Origin: Methylococcaceae bacterium
GTDB lineage: Bacteria; Pseudomonadota; Gammaproteobacteria; Methylococcales; Methylomonadaceae
Length of the DNA: 64,000 nucleotides
NCBI GenBank assembly: GCA_044426515.1
Contig: JAUGSS010000062.1
Coordinates: 5,523-69,522, forward strand
Reading direction: 5' to 3'
The position numbers were made by a program, and so were the translations under genes. This document shows positions 9,403 through 20,351 of the stretch, piece by piece (the stretch's first letter is position 1; the number at the start of each line of letters is the position of its first letter). The notes under the pieces are model-generated. The model ran no database searches and had not been told where the DNA came from. It was given only the letters and a program-made list of their open reading frames with translations.

Positions 9403-9933
9403 ATGAAGATTTTCCAGTTATTATTCTTGTTTGTATTATTTATCACCAAAGTTAACGCAGAAACAACCATAGCCATATTAGATTTTGAGTTGCGTGATCT
9501 AACTTTAGCTCCTGGCGTACCCGCCGAGGTGCAAAGAACAGCAAGCATAAAAGCCATGCTGGAAGCGGAGTTGAAACGTGCAGGATATAAAATTGTAGCG
9601 GTAGATTCAGAGTTCCAGCGGGAAGCCAATGGCGGTGTCGGCTATCTTTTTGACCACGATGATAGTGCCGCAGAACTGGCTAAAAAGGCGGGCGCAGATT
9701 ATGTAGTGGTCGGCAGGCTGCATAAACCAAGCTTTTTATTTGCTTATATTATGGGGCATTTAGTCAGAGCTAATGATGGTCATTTAATAGGCAATTACAT
9801 TTCAGAAACAAAAGGTGGAGATAAAAAGTTAACGTTAAAGGGCGTTGAAAGTCTTGCCGTTAAAATCGATAACGACTTGGATAAAATTTATACACCGCCA
9901 CCTGCGAAGGCAGCGCACAAGAATAATGATTGA
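9403..9933 (+). CDS. DUF3280/DUF2380 family exported protein
   Basis: signal peptide, then IAILDFELRD...AELAKKAGADYVVVGRLHKPS; family is common in methylotrophs. Confidence 0.7.
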   Translation: MKIFQLLFLFVLFITKVNAETTIAILDFELRDLTLAPGVPAEVQRTASIKAMLEAELKRAGYKIVAVDSEFQREANGGVGYLFDHDDSAAELAKKAGADYVVVGRLHKPSFLFAYIMGHLVRANDGHLIGNYISETKGGDKKLTLKGVESLAVKIDNDLDKIYTPPPAKAAHKNND

Positions 9934-9975
9934 AATTGACAACCTGTAATATCAGGCTTTGGAACTGAGAGCTTA

Positions 9976-10473
9976 ATGACCAAACAAGAAAAATCCCTAA
10001 CCATGACGGTATTGATGACGCCGGATATGGCTAACTTCTCCGGTAACGTGCATGGCGGTTCTTTATTAAAACTGCTGGATCAGGTGGCTTACGCCTGTGC
10101 GGCAAAATATTGTAAAAAATACGTGGTGACGGCGGCGCTCGATCAGGTGTTTTTCAAGCAGCAGGTCAATGTCGGCGAGCTGGTTACCTTTTACGCCCAT
10201 GTTAATTATGTCGGTCATTCGTCAATGGAAATCGGGGTCAAGGTTTTTGCCGAGGATTTAAGAACCGACGAAAAAAGGCATACGACCTCCTGCTATTTTA
10301 CGATGGTGGCGATGGATGAAAACGGACGAACTGTGGAAGTTCCGAGATTACAACTGGATAGCGAAGTGGAAAAAAAACTTTATGAATCGGCAAAGTTGCG
10401 TAAACAAATGCGTCAGGAGAGCCTGGAGAAAAATCGTGCCCTGCATGTGGAACTATTAAAGGATGAGTTGTAA
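9976..10473 (+). CDS. acyl-CoA thioesterase (HotDog, YciA-like)
   Basis: PDMANFSGNVHGGSLLKLLDQVAY, VGHSSMEIGV, CYFTMVAMD. Confidence 0.9.
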   Translation: MTKQEKSLTMTVLMTPDMANFSGNVHGGSLLKLLDQVAYACAAKYCKKYVVTAALDQVFFKQQVNVGELVTFYAHVNYVGHSSMEIGVKVFAEDLRTDEKRHTTSCYFTMVAMDENGRTVEVPRLQLDSEVEKKLYESAKLRKQMRQESLEKNRALHVELLKDEL

Positions 10474-10476
10474 GTT

Positions 10477-12708
10477 ATGATTATACAAGGGAATTTTGAA
10501 CAACTGCCGTTAAAGGATTTTACCGAAAAAGCCTATTTGGATTATTCCATGTATGTGATTTTGGACAGGGCCTTGCCGCATATAGCCGATGGCTTGAAGC
10601 CGGTGCAACGGCGCATTGTTTTTGCGATGTCCGAGCTGGGTTTGACCGCGACGGCCAAGTTTAAAAAATCGGCCAGAACCGTCGGCGATGTGCTGGGTAA
10701 ATATCATCCACACGGCGATTCCGCCTGTTACGAAGCGATGGTGCTGATGGCGCAGGATTTCTCCTACCGTTATCCGTTAGTTGACGGGCAGGGCAACTGG
10801 GGGTCGCCGGACGATCCCAAATCCTTTGCCGCGATGCGCTACACCGAATCGCGGTTGACCGCCTATGCGCAAACCTTGTTGAGCGAATTGGGGCAGGGCA
10901 CGGTTGACTGGGCGGATAATTTCGACGCCACGCTGAAAGAGCCCGTGCTGTTGCCTGCGCGGTTGCCGAATATATTGCTGAACGGCACCATGGGTATCGC
11001 CGTCGGCATGGCGACCGATATACCGCCGCATAATCTGCGCGAAGTCGCCCATGCCTGCATACAGTTATTGGATGACCCGGACAGTACGCTGGACATGCTG
11101 TTCGCTCATATCAAAGGCCCCGATTACCCGACCGATGCGGAAATCATCACCTCGGCTGACGATATACAAAAAATGTATATCAGCGGCGGCGGTTCGATAA
11201 AAATGCGCGCCAAATACGAGCAGGAGGACGGCAATATCGTAATCACCGCGCTGCCGCATCAGGTTTCCGGGGCTAAATTAATGGAGCAGATAGCGGCGCA
11301 AATGCTGGCGAAAAAACTGCCGATGATTGAAGATTTGCGCGATGAGTCGGACCATGAAAATCCGACCCGCTTGCTGGTGATTCCACGGTCAAAACGGATC
11401 GATGTCGATGAAGTGATGTCGCATTTGTTTGCCACCACCGACCTCGAGAAAAGCTATCGCGTCAACATGAACATGATCGGCCTGGATGGACGGCCCAAGG
11501 TTAAAGGGCTTAGGGATATACTGGTCGAATGGCTGGCGTTTCGTACCGAGACCGTGCGCAAACGCTTGCAATACCGCTTGGACAAGGTGCTGGCGCGGCT
11601 GCATATTCTCGATGGCTTGCTGATTGCTTATTTGAATATCGATGAAGTTATCGCCATTATCCGCAATGAAGACCATCCCAAACCGGTGCTGATGGAACGC
11701 TTCGGTATCACCGACATTCAGGCCGAAGCGATACTGGAATTAAAGTTACGGCATTTGGCCAAGCTCGAAGAGATGAAGATTCGCGGCGAGCAGGATGAAC
11801 TGGAACTGGAACGCGCCGCGCTGGAAAAAACTTTGGCTTCGCCGCGCTTGCTGAATCGATTGATCAGAAAAGAGCTTGAGCGCGATGCGGACAGATACGG
11901 CGATGATCGCCGTTCGCCGATTGTGGCTAGAGATGCGGCGCAGGCATTGGAAACAACGGCGCTAATAAGCAACGAGCCGTTAACCGTTATCTTGTCGGAA
12001 AAAGGTTGGATCAGGGCGGCGAAAGGTCATGACATTGATGTCGCAAGCCTGAGTTACCGTTCCGGCGACGGCTTTTTGGATGCGGTCAAATGCCGGACCA
12101 CGCAGCCGGTTTATATCCTTGATTCCACCGGACGGGCTTACAGCACTTCTTCGCACGATTTGCCGTCGGCCAGAAGTCAGGGCGAACCGTTGACCGGACG
12201 GCTCAATCCACCGGCGGGTTCGTTATTCCTGCATCTTCTGGCAGGTCAACCTGATGATTGGTATGTGCTTGCCAGTCATTTCGGTTATGGCTTCCGGGTT
12301 CAGCTGAAAGAGTTGTTAAGCAAAAACAAGGCCGGTAAACTGCTTATCACGCTGCCGGACGGCGCTAAGGTATTAAAACCGGTGCCGACACGCAGCGAAT
12401 CCGATTTGCTTGCGGTGGTGACTTTGCAAGGCCGCTTGCTGATTTTTCCGGTGGCCGAGTTGCCCGCGTTGGCAAAAGGCAAAGGCAATAAGTTGATTCA
12501 AATTCCGAGCGCTGACCTGAGCGCCGGCAAAGATTACGTGGTTGCAGCGGTGGCGTTGCCTGAAAACGGCCAGTTGAAAATTATGGCCGGTAAACGGCAG
12601 CTAACGCTTAAAAGTGCGGATATTGGGCATTATTCCGGTAACCGAGCCAAAAGAGGCTTGGCCTTGCCCAGAGGTTTTCAGCGGGTTGATGGCTTGGAGT
12701 GCGAGTGA
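10477..12708 (+). CDS. parC: DNA topoisomerase IV subunit A
   Basis: [47 protein letters not shown] catalytic Tyr; 743 aa, no GyrA box. Confidence 0.97.
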   Translation: MIIQGNFEQLPLKDFTEKAYLDYSMYVILDRALPHIADGLKPVQRRIVFAMSELGLTATAKFKKSARTVGDVLGKYHPHGDSACYEAMVLMAQDFSYRYPLVDGQGNWGSPDDPKSFAAMRYTESRLTAYAQTLLSELGQGTVDWADNFDATLKEPVLLPARLPNILLNGTMGIAVGMATDIPPHNLREVAHACIQLLDDPDSTLDMLFAHIKGPDYPTDAEIITSADDIQKMYISGGGSIKMRAKYEQEDGNIVITALPHQVSGAKLMEQIAAQMLAKKLPMIEDLRDESDHENPTRLLVIPRSKRIDVDEVMSHLFATTDLEKSYRVNMNMIGLDGRPKVKGLRDILVEWLAFRTETVRKRLQYRLDKVLARLHILDGLLIAYLNIDEVIAIIRNEDHPKPVLMERFGITDIQAEAILELKLRHLAKLEEMKIRGEQDELELERAALEKTLASPRLLNRLIRKELERDADRYGDDRRSPIVARDAAQALETTALISNEPLTVILSEKGWIRAAKGHDIDVASLSYRSGDGFLDAVKCRTTQPVYILDSTGRAYSTSSHDLPSARSQGEPLTGRLNPPAGSLFLHLLAGQPDDWYVLASHFGYGFRVQLKELLSKNKAGKLLITLPDGAKVLKPVPTRSESDLLAVVTLQGRLLIFPVAELPALAKGKGNKLIQIPSADLSAGKDYVVAAVALPENGQLKIMAGKRQLTLKSADIGHYSGNRAKRGLALPRGFQRVDGLECE

Positions 12709-12835
12709 TTGGACTTTCAGATTGTTGTAGCGCGCCATAAGCTTCCAAGGTGCGCATAAGCAGGTAAAACTTATCAGGGGAACCCTATCAACGTAGGTTG
12801 TTAAATAATTAAGTGTACAGTCAGAGATTACAGCC

Positions 12836-13330
12836 GTGGAAAATTTAATTAATGAAATAATCAATGATCCCAAATTTATTAAAGGGATCGCTTGGAACCG
12901 TTGGAGTTTTTATGCCAACGAAACCATCATTAAGGAAGGCGATGTGGGCAAATCCCTGTTTTTTGTTGAGAACGGTCAATTGCGGGTATCTGTGCAGGTG
13001 GAATTGGAGGAACGCCGAAACATAAAAACGGGACTCGGCGATTTAGGCAAGGGCGACCTTTTCGGCGATACTTGTCTTCATAAGTCAAGTGTACGAACCG
13101 CTTCGGTTATAGCCATTACCGATGGCTGTTTACTGGAAATAAACGGTGAAAAGCTTGGCGCGTATCTGGATGCCCATCCTAATAAAGGCTATTTGTTTTA
13201 CAAGAAGTTATTTGAAATACTTTTTAGCCGCTTAAACAACGGAAATCGCAGAATTGAATATCTGTTGGCCTGGGGGCTTAAGACGCGGCTTGCCCCTGAA
13301 AAGTCAATTCCGGTCTTCCGAAAGATATAA
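12836..13330 (+). CDS. stand-alone cyclic nucleotide-binding domain protein
   Basis: IIKEGDVGKSLFFVENGQLRV, GDLFGD, RTASVIA; no HTH. Confidence 0.8.
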   Translation: MENLINEIINDPKFIKGIAWNRWSFYANETIIKEGDVGKSLFFVENGQLRVSVQVELEERRNIKTGLGDLGKGDLFGDTCLHKSSVRTASVIAITDGCLLEINGEKLGAYLDAHPNKGYLFYKKLFEILFSRLNNGNRRIEYLLAWGLKTRLAPEKSIPVFRKI

Positions 13331-13367
13331 ATTTAACTGTTCCCCTCTCGTTAAAAAGGCAGGTTAT

Positions 13368-14641
13368 TTAGTTGGCAAATGCTTTCATCGCATCCTTAAA
13401 TTGCTGCTTGGCTTCATTCAGTATGGTTAACGAGAACTCGGGGGAAAGTGAAAGATTCTTTAATTTGCCGACCGCCGGAATAGAAGTAATAGGCGGCAAG
13501 TCAGGTATATTGCACAGGCCGATTTTGCTATGTAGCCTGGAAAGTACAACGATGTCGGTCAAATTAAGCTCTTCGCCGGTGTTTTGATACCAATCTTCAG
13601 AATAAACCGGAACTTTAAGAAATTCCTCGGAAAATCCCCAATCGTGCAAAATTTTCGATCCTACCGGGCCTTTAACGTAAGGCAAGGCAAGTTCGATATC
13701 CGATTCAGTACAATAGTCTCTAGGAAGATTAGCGGCAAAACTTAAGAAAGGTATTGCACCTATATCGCAGACAAGCCCTGCAAGCAGCGCCTCTTGCGGA
13801 TTGACTTGCCGGCTGGCGGCCGCCAAAGCATGACTGAGTGTGGAAATATAGATACTTTGTTGCCATATCTTATCAACGTACTTTTTTATCAGGGGCGAGT
13901 CGTTGGTGAAAATACGCCTGAGGCTTAAACTGATGACCAAGTTGCGCGTAGCATTCAAGCCGATGCGCTTGACCGCTTCCAGACAGCTTTTTACCGGGGT
14001 TGCGTTGGGCAGTTGGCTAAACCGACAAGCTTGGCTGAAATGACCGGATCCAGTTGAATTATTTTTACAATATCGGTAATGCCCGCATCGCGTTGCATGG
14101 CATTGCGCAATTTAATCGCCACATCCGGCAATGACGGTATATTCAGCTCTTCATGATGATAGTGATACAAAAAGAAAGATAATAAGCGGTTGTTGCTTAA
14201 CTGGGCCGGGATAACCAGCTCTGAAAGCGGTGATGCCGGGGCATGCTTGCTGGACATGATTTTGTGTGAAACGCGTAAAACACTGACCTCGGTTTTAGTT
14301 ATGGCTGTTGCCCTGTGTCTGGAACCGCTTGATAGCGGAAATTTGGCTTCGCTGGTTCCTGACGCTATTTCATAAATTCTGCCATTCTCATCCGATAAAG
14401 AAATAGCGCCTTTTAACAAATACAGAGCCGAGTCAGTCTTATCGCCGAGATGAAACAAAGTGGTTTGTTTAGGGAAAACTTCGGATTTAAGGTCGGAAGT
14501 AAATGCCAATAGCTTTTCATTATCGTAATTTCTGATCGGAAACAGTTTTTGTACCACATGCATGGAAATATTTTCGGCAACAAGATTGCGTACGGACGAT
14601 CTATGGTGCGTTTTTTTTAATGGCGATGAGAGAAAATCCAT
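13368..14641 (-). pseudogene. cNMP-binding + HDOD domain protein, split by frameshift near 14000
   Basis: 5' part has a cNMP-like domain and HDOD start (IPSLPDVA...DPVISAKLVGLANCP); the HDOD continues in another frame (ATPVKSCLEAVKRIGLNATRNL...EALLAGLVCDIG). Confidence 0.8.
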
Positions 14642-14767
14642 GTTTATTTCCTTATTATTCAAATGGGCTGTCAACTTGTAAACTATTGTGTCTTTGCTCC
14701 CCTCAAATATCCATAGGTATGACTACTATAAGTGCGACTACTCAGCGTGCATCGTAACTTGGCACGA

Positions 14768-14932
14768 TTACGGGCCTGAATCCATTTCTAACACCTTGGC
14801 TCCGCGAATTTCCCATTCTTCAATTCGATCAACGCCTCATTTGCCTGCTCCAATACAAACACCTGAACTTCGGGCCGGCGATTCATTTCAGCCGCCAAGT
14901 TCACAGAGCGTCTTCAATACCCTGGCTTTCAT
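14768..14932 (-). pseudogene. zinc-dependent alcohol dehydrogenase remnant (internal deletion joining N- and C-termini)
   Basis: GAGGA RBS + MKARVLKTLCEL joined out of frame to LAAEMNRRPEVQVFVLEQANEALIELKNGK/IRGAKVL*, resembling the ends of MDR zinc ADHs. Confidence 0.55.
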
Positions 14933-15117
14933 TCGTTTTTTCCTCATTTGATTCCGATTCCGCTACGGCTTTTTGTTCAAAGCTATAGGTAATATCTTCA
15001 ATTGACACGCTTTCAAAGTCATGTTGCAATCGATTCATAGTGTTGGACAAAACTATCCATGCTGTGCCTGTCCCACGAAGACCGTGAGAAATATAAAAAC
15101 ACCCCGGAGTATAAGTT

Positions 15118-15810
15118 ATGAACGGTCTGCAGCGTATGTTGAATGATATTGAAATGGAAGTGAATCTGACCCGTCATATGATCGGTAAGGATGCTTTGGA
15201 TGACAGGGTTATGGCGGCCATAACACAAGTGCCGCGACATAAGTTTTTACCTGCTGATTTGCGCTACCTTACCTACAATAACGGCCCCGCCCCCATTGGC
15301 CTGGGACAGACGATTTCCCAACCCTATATTGTTGCGCTGATGACTGACTTACTGAATACCAAGCCTGGCGATACCGTTTTGGAAATCGGCACCGGTTCCG
15401 GCTATCAGGCGGCCATTCTTTCGAAACTGGTTACCCAGGTTTATTCGCTTGAAATACTGGAAGAGTTATCCGGCAAAGCAAGTCGCCGGCTTAAAAAGCT
15501 CGGTTACAACAATGTAACGGTTCGAACCGGCGACGGCCACCTCGGCTGGCCGGAACACGCACCTTATGACGGCATTATAGTCACTGCCGCTGCCGCTGAT
15601 ATTCCCCAGGCTTTGATTGAGCAGTTGCGCGCCGGTGCTCGATTGGTCATTCCGGTCGGTTTACCTTACCGCTATCAGGCGCTGATAGTTGTAGAAAAAA
15701 CGGCTAATGGCAAAACTGAGGCTCGTCATATTCTTAGCGTCAGTTTTGTACCGCTGGTCGGTGGCAGCGATACGAAAACAACAGACTTGGCTGATCTGAA
15801 TCATGAATAA
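15118..15810 (+). CDS. pcm: protein-L-isoaspartate O-methyltransferase
   Basis: VPRHKF, GQTISQPYIVALM, VLEIGTGSGYQAA, APYDGIIVTAAA, SFVPL. Confidence 0.95.
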   Translation: MNGLQRMLNDIEMEVNLTRHMIGKDALDDRVMAAITQVPRHKFLPADLRYLTYNNGPAPIGLGQTISQPYIVALMTDLLNTKPGDTVLEIGTGSGYQAAILSKLVTQVYSLEILEELSGKASRRLKKLGYNNVTVRTGDGHLGWPEHAPYDGIIVTAAAADIPQALIEQLRAGARLVIPVGLPYRYQALIVVEKTANGKTEARHILSVSFVPLVGGSDTKTTDLADLNHE

Positions 15811-15825
15811 CCTCCGGCATTCGAT

Positions 15826-16782
15826 ATGTCATCAAATATTAATATCCTGAAATGGCTTTTCGCGCTGGTTCTTATTTTTGGCGGATTTACCGTTTATAAG
15901 GTTTTTGGGGTCTTGGCAACCGATCTTGGCGATAAAGAATATGTATGGTTGCTAAAGATAATCGCTGAATTCGGCTTGTTCACGTCGGTAGTGATTTCAG
16001 TGGGATTTTTTCATCACTGGATAATTGCTACCGAAGAACGTAAAGAAACCGAGAAAATATTTCAGAGCGTACTGACCAAATATATCGATGGGACGGTTAT
16101 CAATGCCAAAAAGCGGGGATTTGTAGGGATAACCGAGACCGAGTTGGATTTTTCCGAAGTCATGCACAGCCTGTATCCCGGCGATTATGTTTATTGGTTA
16201 ATCACCTTTGATCCCCGTTATAAACACCATTGCCGGGAATTCGAGCGCGCTATTAAGAAAGGCGTTCATTTCCGGATGCTTATTTTGAAGGACTGTCAGG
16301 TTTCAGAGCTTTGCGCGCGCGAAATAATAGGCTTCAGCGCCGAGGAATACAGGCAATCCAACCGGCTGTTTTTGACCTCGCTTGAGGATATAGCCGGACG
16401 TGTCAATGAAAAGGATGGCGGAACATTGGGGGTTTTTGTCTACGATAGCCTGCCGAGTATTCCGTTGTTTATCATTCTTCGCAAAAAATCAAAAACGCTG
16501 GAAATTTATAACAGCTTTTATCTGTCCGAGCCGGTCAGCAGAATGCCTTATCTACATTGGCAGTCAGAGCTCAAACAAGATCCCAGTTACTTTTTTGAAT
16601 CGGAAAAATGGAATATGCCGGACCTTTTTTTAGACTATTTTCAGCGCCGCTGGATGATAGAAAGAAATAAATTAAGCAAGGCCGATAAAGAAAACTCAAC
16701 TTACAACGATTTTGTCTACGCACCGGCTTTGGCCAGGAAAAAATGTATCAGTCTCAATTGCGAGTCGGATACGTTAACATAA
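15826..16782 (+). CDS. hypothetical membrane protein (2 N-terminal TM helices + soluble domain)
   Basis: two hydrophobic segments in the first ~65 aa; soluble C-terminal domain not confidently assignable. Confidence 0.7.
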   Translation: MSSNINILKWLFALVLIFGGFTVYKVFGVLATDLGDKEYVWLLKIIAEFGLFTSVVISVGFFHHWIIATEERKETEKIFQSVLTKYIDGTVINAKKRGFVGITETELDFSEVMHSLYPGDYVYWLITFDPRYKHHCREFERAIKKGVHFRMLILKDCQVSELCAREIIGFSAEEYRQSNRLFLTSLEDIAGRVNEKDGGTLGVFVYDSLPSIPLFIILRKKSKTLEIYNSFYLSEPVSRMPYLHWQSELKQDPSYFFESEKWNMPDLFLDYFQRRWMIERNKLSKADKENSTYNDFVYAPALARKKCISLNCESDTLT

Positions 16783-16819
16783 CCCCGATGCCCTGTGATT
16801 TTGACTACAGCCGTTTTTG

Positions 16820-16927
16820 TTATTCACCACGAGACGAACGGCTGCATTAACATTTTTTATTTACCACGAAGACACGAAGAGCACGAAGTTAGCTATTTTT
16901 CTTCGTGCTCTTCGTGGTGAATAAAAA
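16820..16927. repeat. palindromic CACCACGAAG repeat copy (compound)
   Basis: TTATTCACCACGAG...ACCACGAAGACACGAAGAGCACGAAG...CTTCGTGCTCTTCGTGGTGAATAAAA. Confidence 0.8.
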
Positions 16928-17016
16928 TGCATAACTCTGGGCTGTTCTTGCATTAGACGCCGCCTGCACCATATCCCCCCGCGAATTTCATTTTTATATT
17001 AATTTGGAGAACGACA

Positions 17017-17652
17017 ATGACTGGAATAGACCAACAACAAGATGTTACCGATGCAGTCCGAGCAGCAGTTAAATCGGGAGCCGACGTTCATCAGCAAATC
17101 AAGGACATCACGCTAAAAGCGTTGACCAGAGGACAACTGGATACGGAAAATATCAAAAATGTCACTGAAGCCGTCGGTAAAGGTATTGACGAGGGCATAG
17201 CCGGCCAGGATGAACAGGCTAAAGAGGTTTTCAAACATGCAGCCACGGCATTGGACGATGCGCTGGCGATTGCGGCGGAAGCATCGAAACTGGCTATCGA
17301 GGAAGCGGCTGCCAAAGTGGCCGACTACTCCCAGCATGATTTTAGTGATGCGATCAAAGACATACAGGACATGGAGGGATTATTTTTCGATACCTTGGGC
17401 AAAGTTGCTAAAGGCGGTAATCAGGTTATCGCCGGCATTGTTAATGATTTTATTGACCACACCCGGCAAAGCGGAACGGCAGTCGGCAAGCAAGCTTTAA
17501 TCGCGCTGGACGCGCTGCAAGACCTGCCGAATATCGGTGCCGGCATTATTGTGTCAAGCACCTTTGCCACGGCTTCCGCTTTGGCGGAAATAGGCAGCGG
17601 CATTTTATCGGGCATCGCTGAAAGTCTGCAATCGTCTCATTCGAAAAAATAA
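17017..17652 (+). CDS. alanine-rich helical protein (DUF6781-like), partner of ABC1 kinase
   Basis: Ala-rich helical sequence 3 bp upstream of the UbiB-family kinase; GGAGA RBS. Confidence 0.65.
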   Translation: MTGIDQQQDVTDAVRAAVKSGADVHQQIKDITLKALTRGQLDTENIKNVTEAVGKGIDEGIAGQDEQAKEVFKHAATALDDALAIAAEASKLAIEEAAAKVADYSQHDFSDAIKDIQDMEGLFFDTLGKVAKGGNQVIAGIVNDFIDHTRQSGTAVGKQALIALDALQDLPNIGAGIIVSSTFATASALAEIGSGILSGIAESLQSSHSKK

Positions 17653-17655
17653 ACT

Positions 17656-19332
17656 ATGTTATGGGAGATGCTAAACGCGGCCAGGGATCTGGGCAGGGTT
17701 CACGATATTGCCTCGGTATTAATCCGCTACGGCTTCGGCGGCTTTGTGCGCGGCTTGGGCATGGGCAAGGCGCTGGAACGGGCGGGCAGGGTGCTGCATT
17801 GGCAGCATGTGGAAGACTATGTCATCCTCGATACGCCGCAACGTATACGGCGTGTACTGGAAGATTTGGGGCCGACTTTCATTAAATTGGGACAAATACT
17901 GGCGACGCGAGTCGATTTATTCCCGTCTCACTATATAGCCGAGTTTGAAAAACTTCAGGACCAAGCGCCTCCGGTACCTTTTGCCGAATTGCTGCCCCAG
18001 CTTGAAGAAGACCTTGGCGGCAGTATCGATGAGTTTTTCTTGGCCGTCGAAACACAGCCGCTTGCCGCGGCTTCAATTGCCCAGGTTCATAAAGCTGTAC
18101 TCAAGGACGGAACGCCGGTTGTTTTAAAAATTCGCAGGCCCGGCCTACGCAAAATCATCGAAGCCGATTTACGCCTTTTACAGCGTCTGGTCGATCTTGC
18201 CGAGGCCGAATCGTCGGAGCTGCACCGATTTCACCCTAAAGAAGTGCTCCGCCAGTTCAACCAATCATTACGCCGGGAACTCGATTTTGCCGCCGAGAGC
18301 AGGAATGCGGAACGGGTAGCCGCCAATTTGGCCGATGATCTCAATATCAAGATTCCTGCCGTCTATTGGCAATGGACCGGCGAAAGGCTCAATGTGCAGG
18401 AATATATTGAAGGCATTCAAGGCCGGGATCTTGCGGCGGTAGACAAAGCGGGGCTGGATAGAAAGCTGCTGGCCGATCGCGGCACCGGCGCGGTCATGAA
18501 GATGATCATGGAAGACGGTTTTTTTCATGCCGACCCGCATGCCGGCAATGTGTTTTATCTGCAAGACAATAAACTGGCCTTTATCGATTTCGGCATGGTC
18601 GGCCGTTTAACCGAAGAGCGCAGGGAACAGGTGGTCAGCTTGTTGTACGGCATGACCAATCATCTGCCGGTTAAAGTGGCCGAGATACTTGAAGACTGGT
18701 CGGATAATATCTATACCGATGAACAAGTGCTGACTATTGATATAGAAGCCTTTGTCGATCAATACAGTTCGCTGGCCTTGGGGGATTTCAGTCTTACCGG
18801 CATGATGAGCGATTTGATGGCCATATTGAGGGATCATAAACTGATATTGCCTGCCGATCTTGCGTTGTTAATCAAAGCTTATATCACCCTGGACGGTCTC
18901 GGCAGACACCTTAACCCGGAATTCAATACATTGGTTTTTGCGGCGCCCTATGTCCGGAAAATCATGGCCGAGCGCTACAGGCCGGAGACCCTGGCCAAAC
19001 GTGGCTGGCGTAACCTGATCAGTATCGCCGATCTTTTATCAAGCCTGCCTAAAGACCTGCGTAAACTGTTGCGCGCCTCCAGGAAAGGGGCTTTTCAGGT
19101 TGATATTACCGTCCGGCGTCTCGATCATTATGTTAATAATATCGATAATGCCATCAGCCGGTTGACTATGGGCATCGTGACAGCGGCGCTGATTATCGGT
19201 TCTTCGATTATCATGACGGTAAAAGGCGGGCCGGAATTATTCGGCTTACCGGCATTCGGGTTTTTGGGATACTCTTTTGCTACTATCGGAGGGATCTGGT
19301 TACTGCTTTCTATTTGGAAAAGCGGGCAATAG
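17656..19332 (+). CDS. AarF/UbiB/ABC1 atypical kinase family protein
   Basis: LGPTFIKLGQ, LAAASIAQVH, VLKIRRP, FFHADPHAGN, IDFGMVG; C-terminal TM pair. Confidence 0.92.
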   Translation: MLWEMLNAARDLGRVHDIASVLIRYGFGGFVRGLGMGKALERAGRVLHWQHVEDYVILDTPQRIRRVLEDLGPTFIKLGQILATRVDLFPSHYIAEFEKLQDQAPPVPFAELLPQLEEDLGGSIDEFFLAVETQPLAAASIAQVHKAVLKDGTPVVLKIRRPGLRKIIEADLRLLQRLVDLAEAESSELHRFHPKEVLRQFNQSLRRELDFAAESRNAERVAANLADDLNIKIPAVYWQWTGERLNVQEYIEGIQGRDLAAVDKAGLDRKLLADRGTGAVMKMIMEDGFFHADPHAGNVFYLQDNKLAFIDFGMVGRLTEERREQVVSLLYGMTNHLPVKVAEILEDWSDNIYTDEQVLTIDIEAFVDQYSSLALGDFSLTGMMSDLMAILRDHKLILPADLALLIKAYITLDGLGRHLNPEFNTLVFAAPYVRKIMAERYRPETLAKRGWRNLISIADLLSSLPKDLRKLLRASRKGAFQVDITVRRLDHYVNNIDNAISRLTMGIVTAALIIGSSIIMTVKGGPELFGLPAFGFLGYSFATIGGIWLLLSIWKSGQ

Positions 19333-19456
19333 CTGTTACAGGTTAATGACGCTTTTTTGGGATGCCTACAGGGATGTAGCTGGTAGAGCAATGCAGAAGC
19401 AGCCGAGAGGGCTTTCAAAAAAGCGCAAATCCTAAGCGTCTGCGCTATAACATCCT

Positions 19457-19786
19457 TTAATGCCCTCGCCCTAAACTTTTAACTTCCTTTAATTCACCAT
19501 TTTCGAAACGAAGGTATTGCTGGAAACGGGAAGAGCCGAGATTATATATCCACTCTTCTACTTGGACCTCTTCATATTGTTGCAGATCAAGGGTTCTATA
19601 GGGGTAATGCAGCGTCCTCCCCACGATTTTAGTGTGAGTTTCAACCGAGTCCGGTTGACCGCACTTAGCAAGCACTTCGTTTTTATAATCGCCCACATCA
19701 ACCAGGTTATGCCCGCATCTCATCGCAAACGCGGTATTCAAGCAACATAAACCCAGAATTAAAACCCATGTAGCGGTACTTTTCAT
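19457..19786 (-). CDS. DUF2845 family exported protein
   Basis: signal peptide + MRCGHNLVDVGD..EVLAKCGQP...EEWIYNLG...LRFENG. Confidence 0.8.
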   Translation of the reverse strand: MKSTATWVLILGLCCLNTAFAMRCGHNLVDVGDYKNEVLAKCGQPDSVETHTKIVGRTLHYPYRTLDLQQYEEVQVEEWIYNLGSSRFQQYLRFENGELKEVKSLGRGH

Positions 19787-20072
19787 TGCGTAAACCTTAA
19801 AGAAATAGTCTTGAATTGGTTGATCACTAAAATGGTCCGGCATGTTCGGCATCGGGTGGTGGAAGGGTGAAGGGCAAGCCGGAAATCCATTCTATATTGA
19901 AACAGGGTGATGTCGGGTATAAAAAATATAGCCTATTTAGACCCGGCTGCTTTTTATGGCTGCGTAGTTTACATGTTGGTAAATAAAAAGCGGATAAGCG
20001 GGTAAAGGTATTATTGCTTGCTATGCCATACGCGGCGAGACAAGACACTGTTCATCAAACGTTATCGTTGTG

Positions 20073-20193
20073 TTCATACCAAAATTGCAGACATTAATTG
20101 CGTGGACTGCAAAAACAAGTATTTATATTTTCTCTCTGTTGATACTAAAATCCAATAAAAATCAGTATCTTATTTTTTGGCATGGATAGTGCT
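20073..20193 (+). promoter_or_regulatory. sigma54 promoter with upstream activator sequence and IHF-like site
   Basis: TGGCATGGATAGTGCT (-24/-12) at 20178-20193; AATCAGTATCTTA IHF-like at ~20160; 24-bp TTCATACCAAAATTGCAGACATTA shared with 25901. Confidence 0.8.
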
Positions 20194-20351
20194 TAATGAA
20201 TATATAGGCGAATAAAATAATTTATCACATAGCTCAAGTCCGGAAGCGGGCCTATGTTGATATTTATTGCCGCTAAAACATTTTCACAACATAAGCAGGC
20301 AATGAGCTTGTTTAAAACTCTAATAATGCGTTAAGAAACCGAGGAACGATA

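Noticed and set aside
14688-14951. 87-aa plus-strand ORF
   Set aside because: Better explained as the antisense of the alcohol dehydrogenase relic.
2042-16927. CRISPR interpretation of the CACGAAG repeats
   Set aside because: Copies are dispersed and palindromic, with no regular unique spacers and no cas genes.
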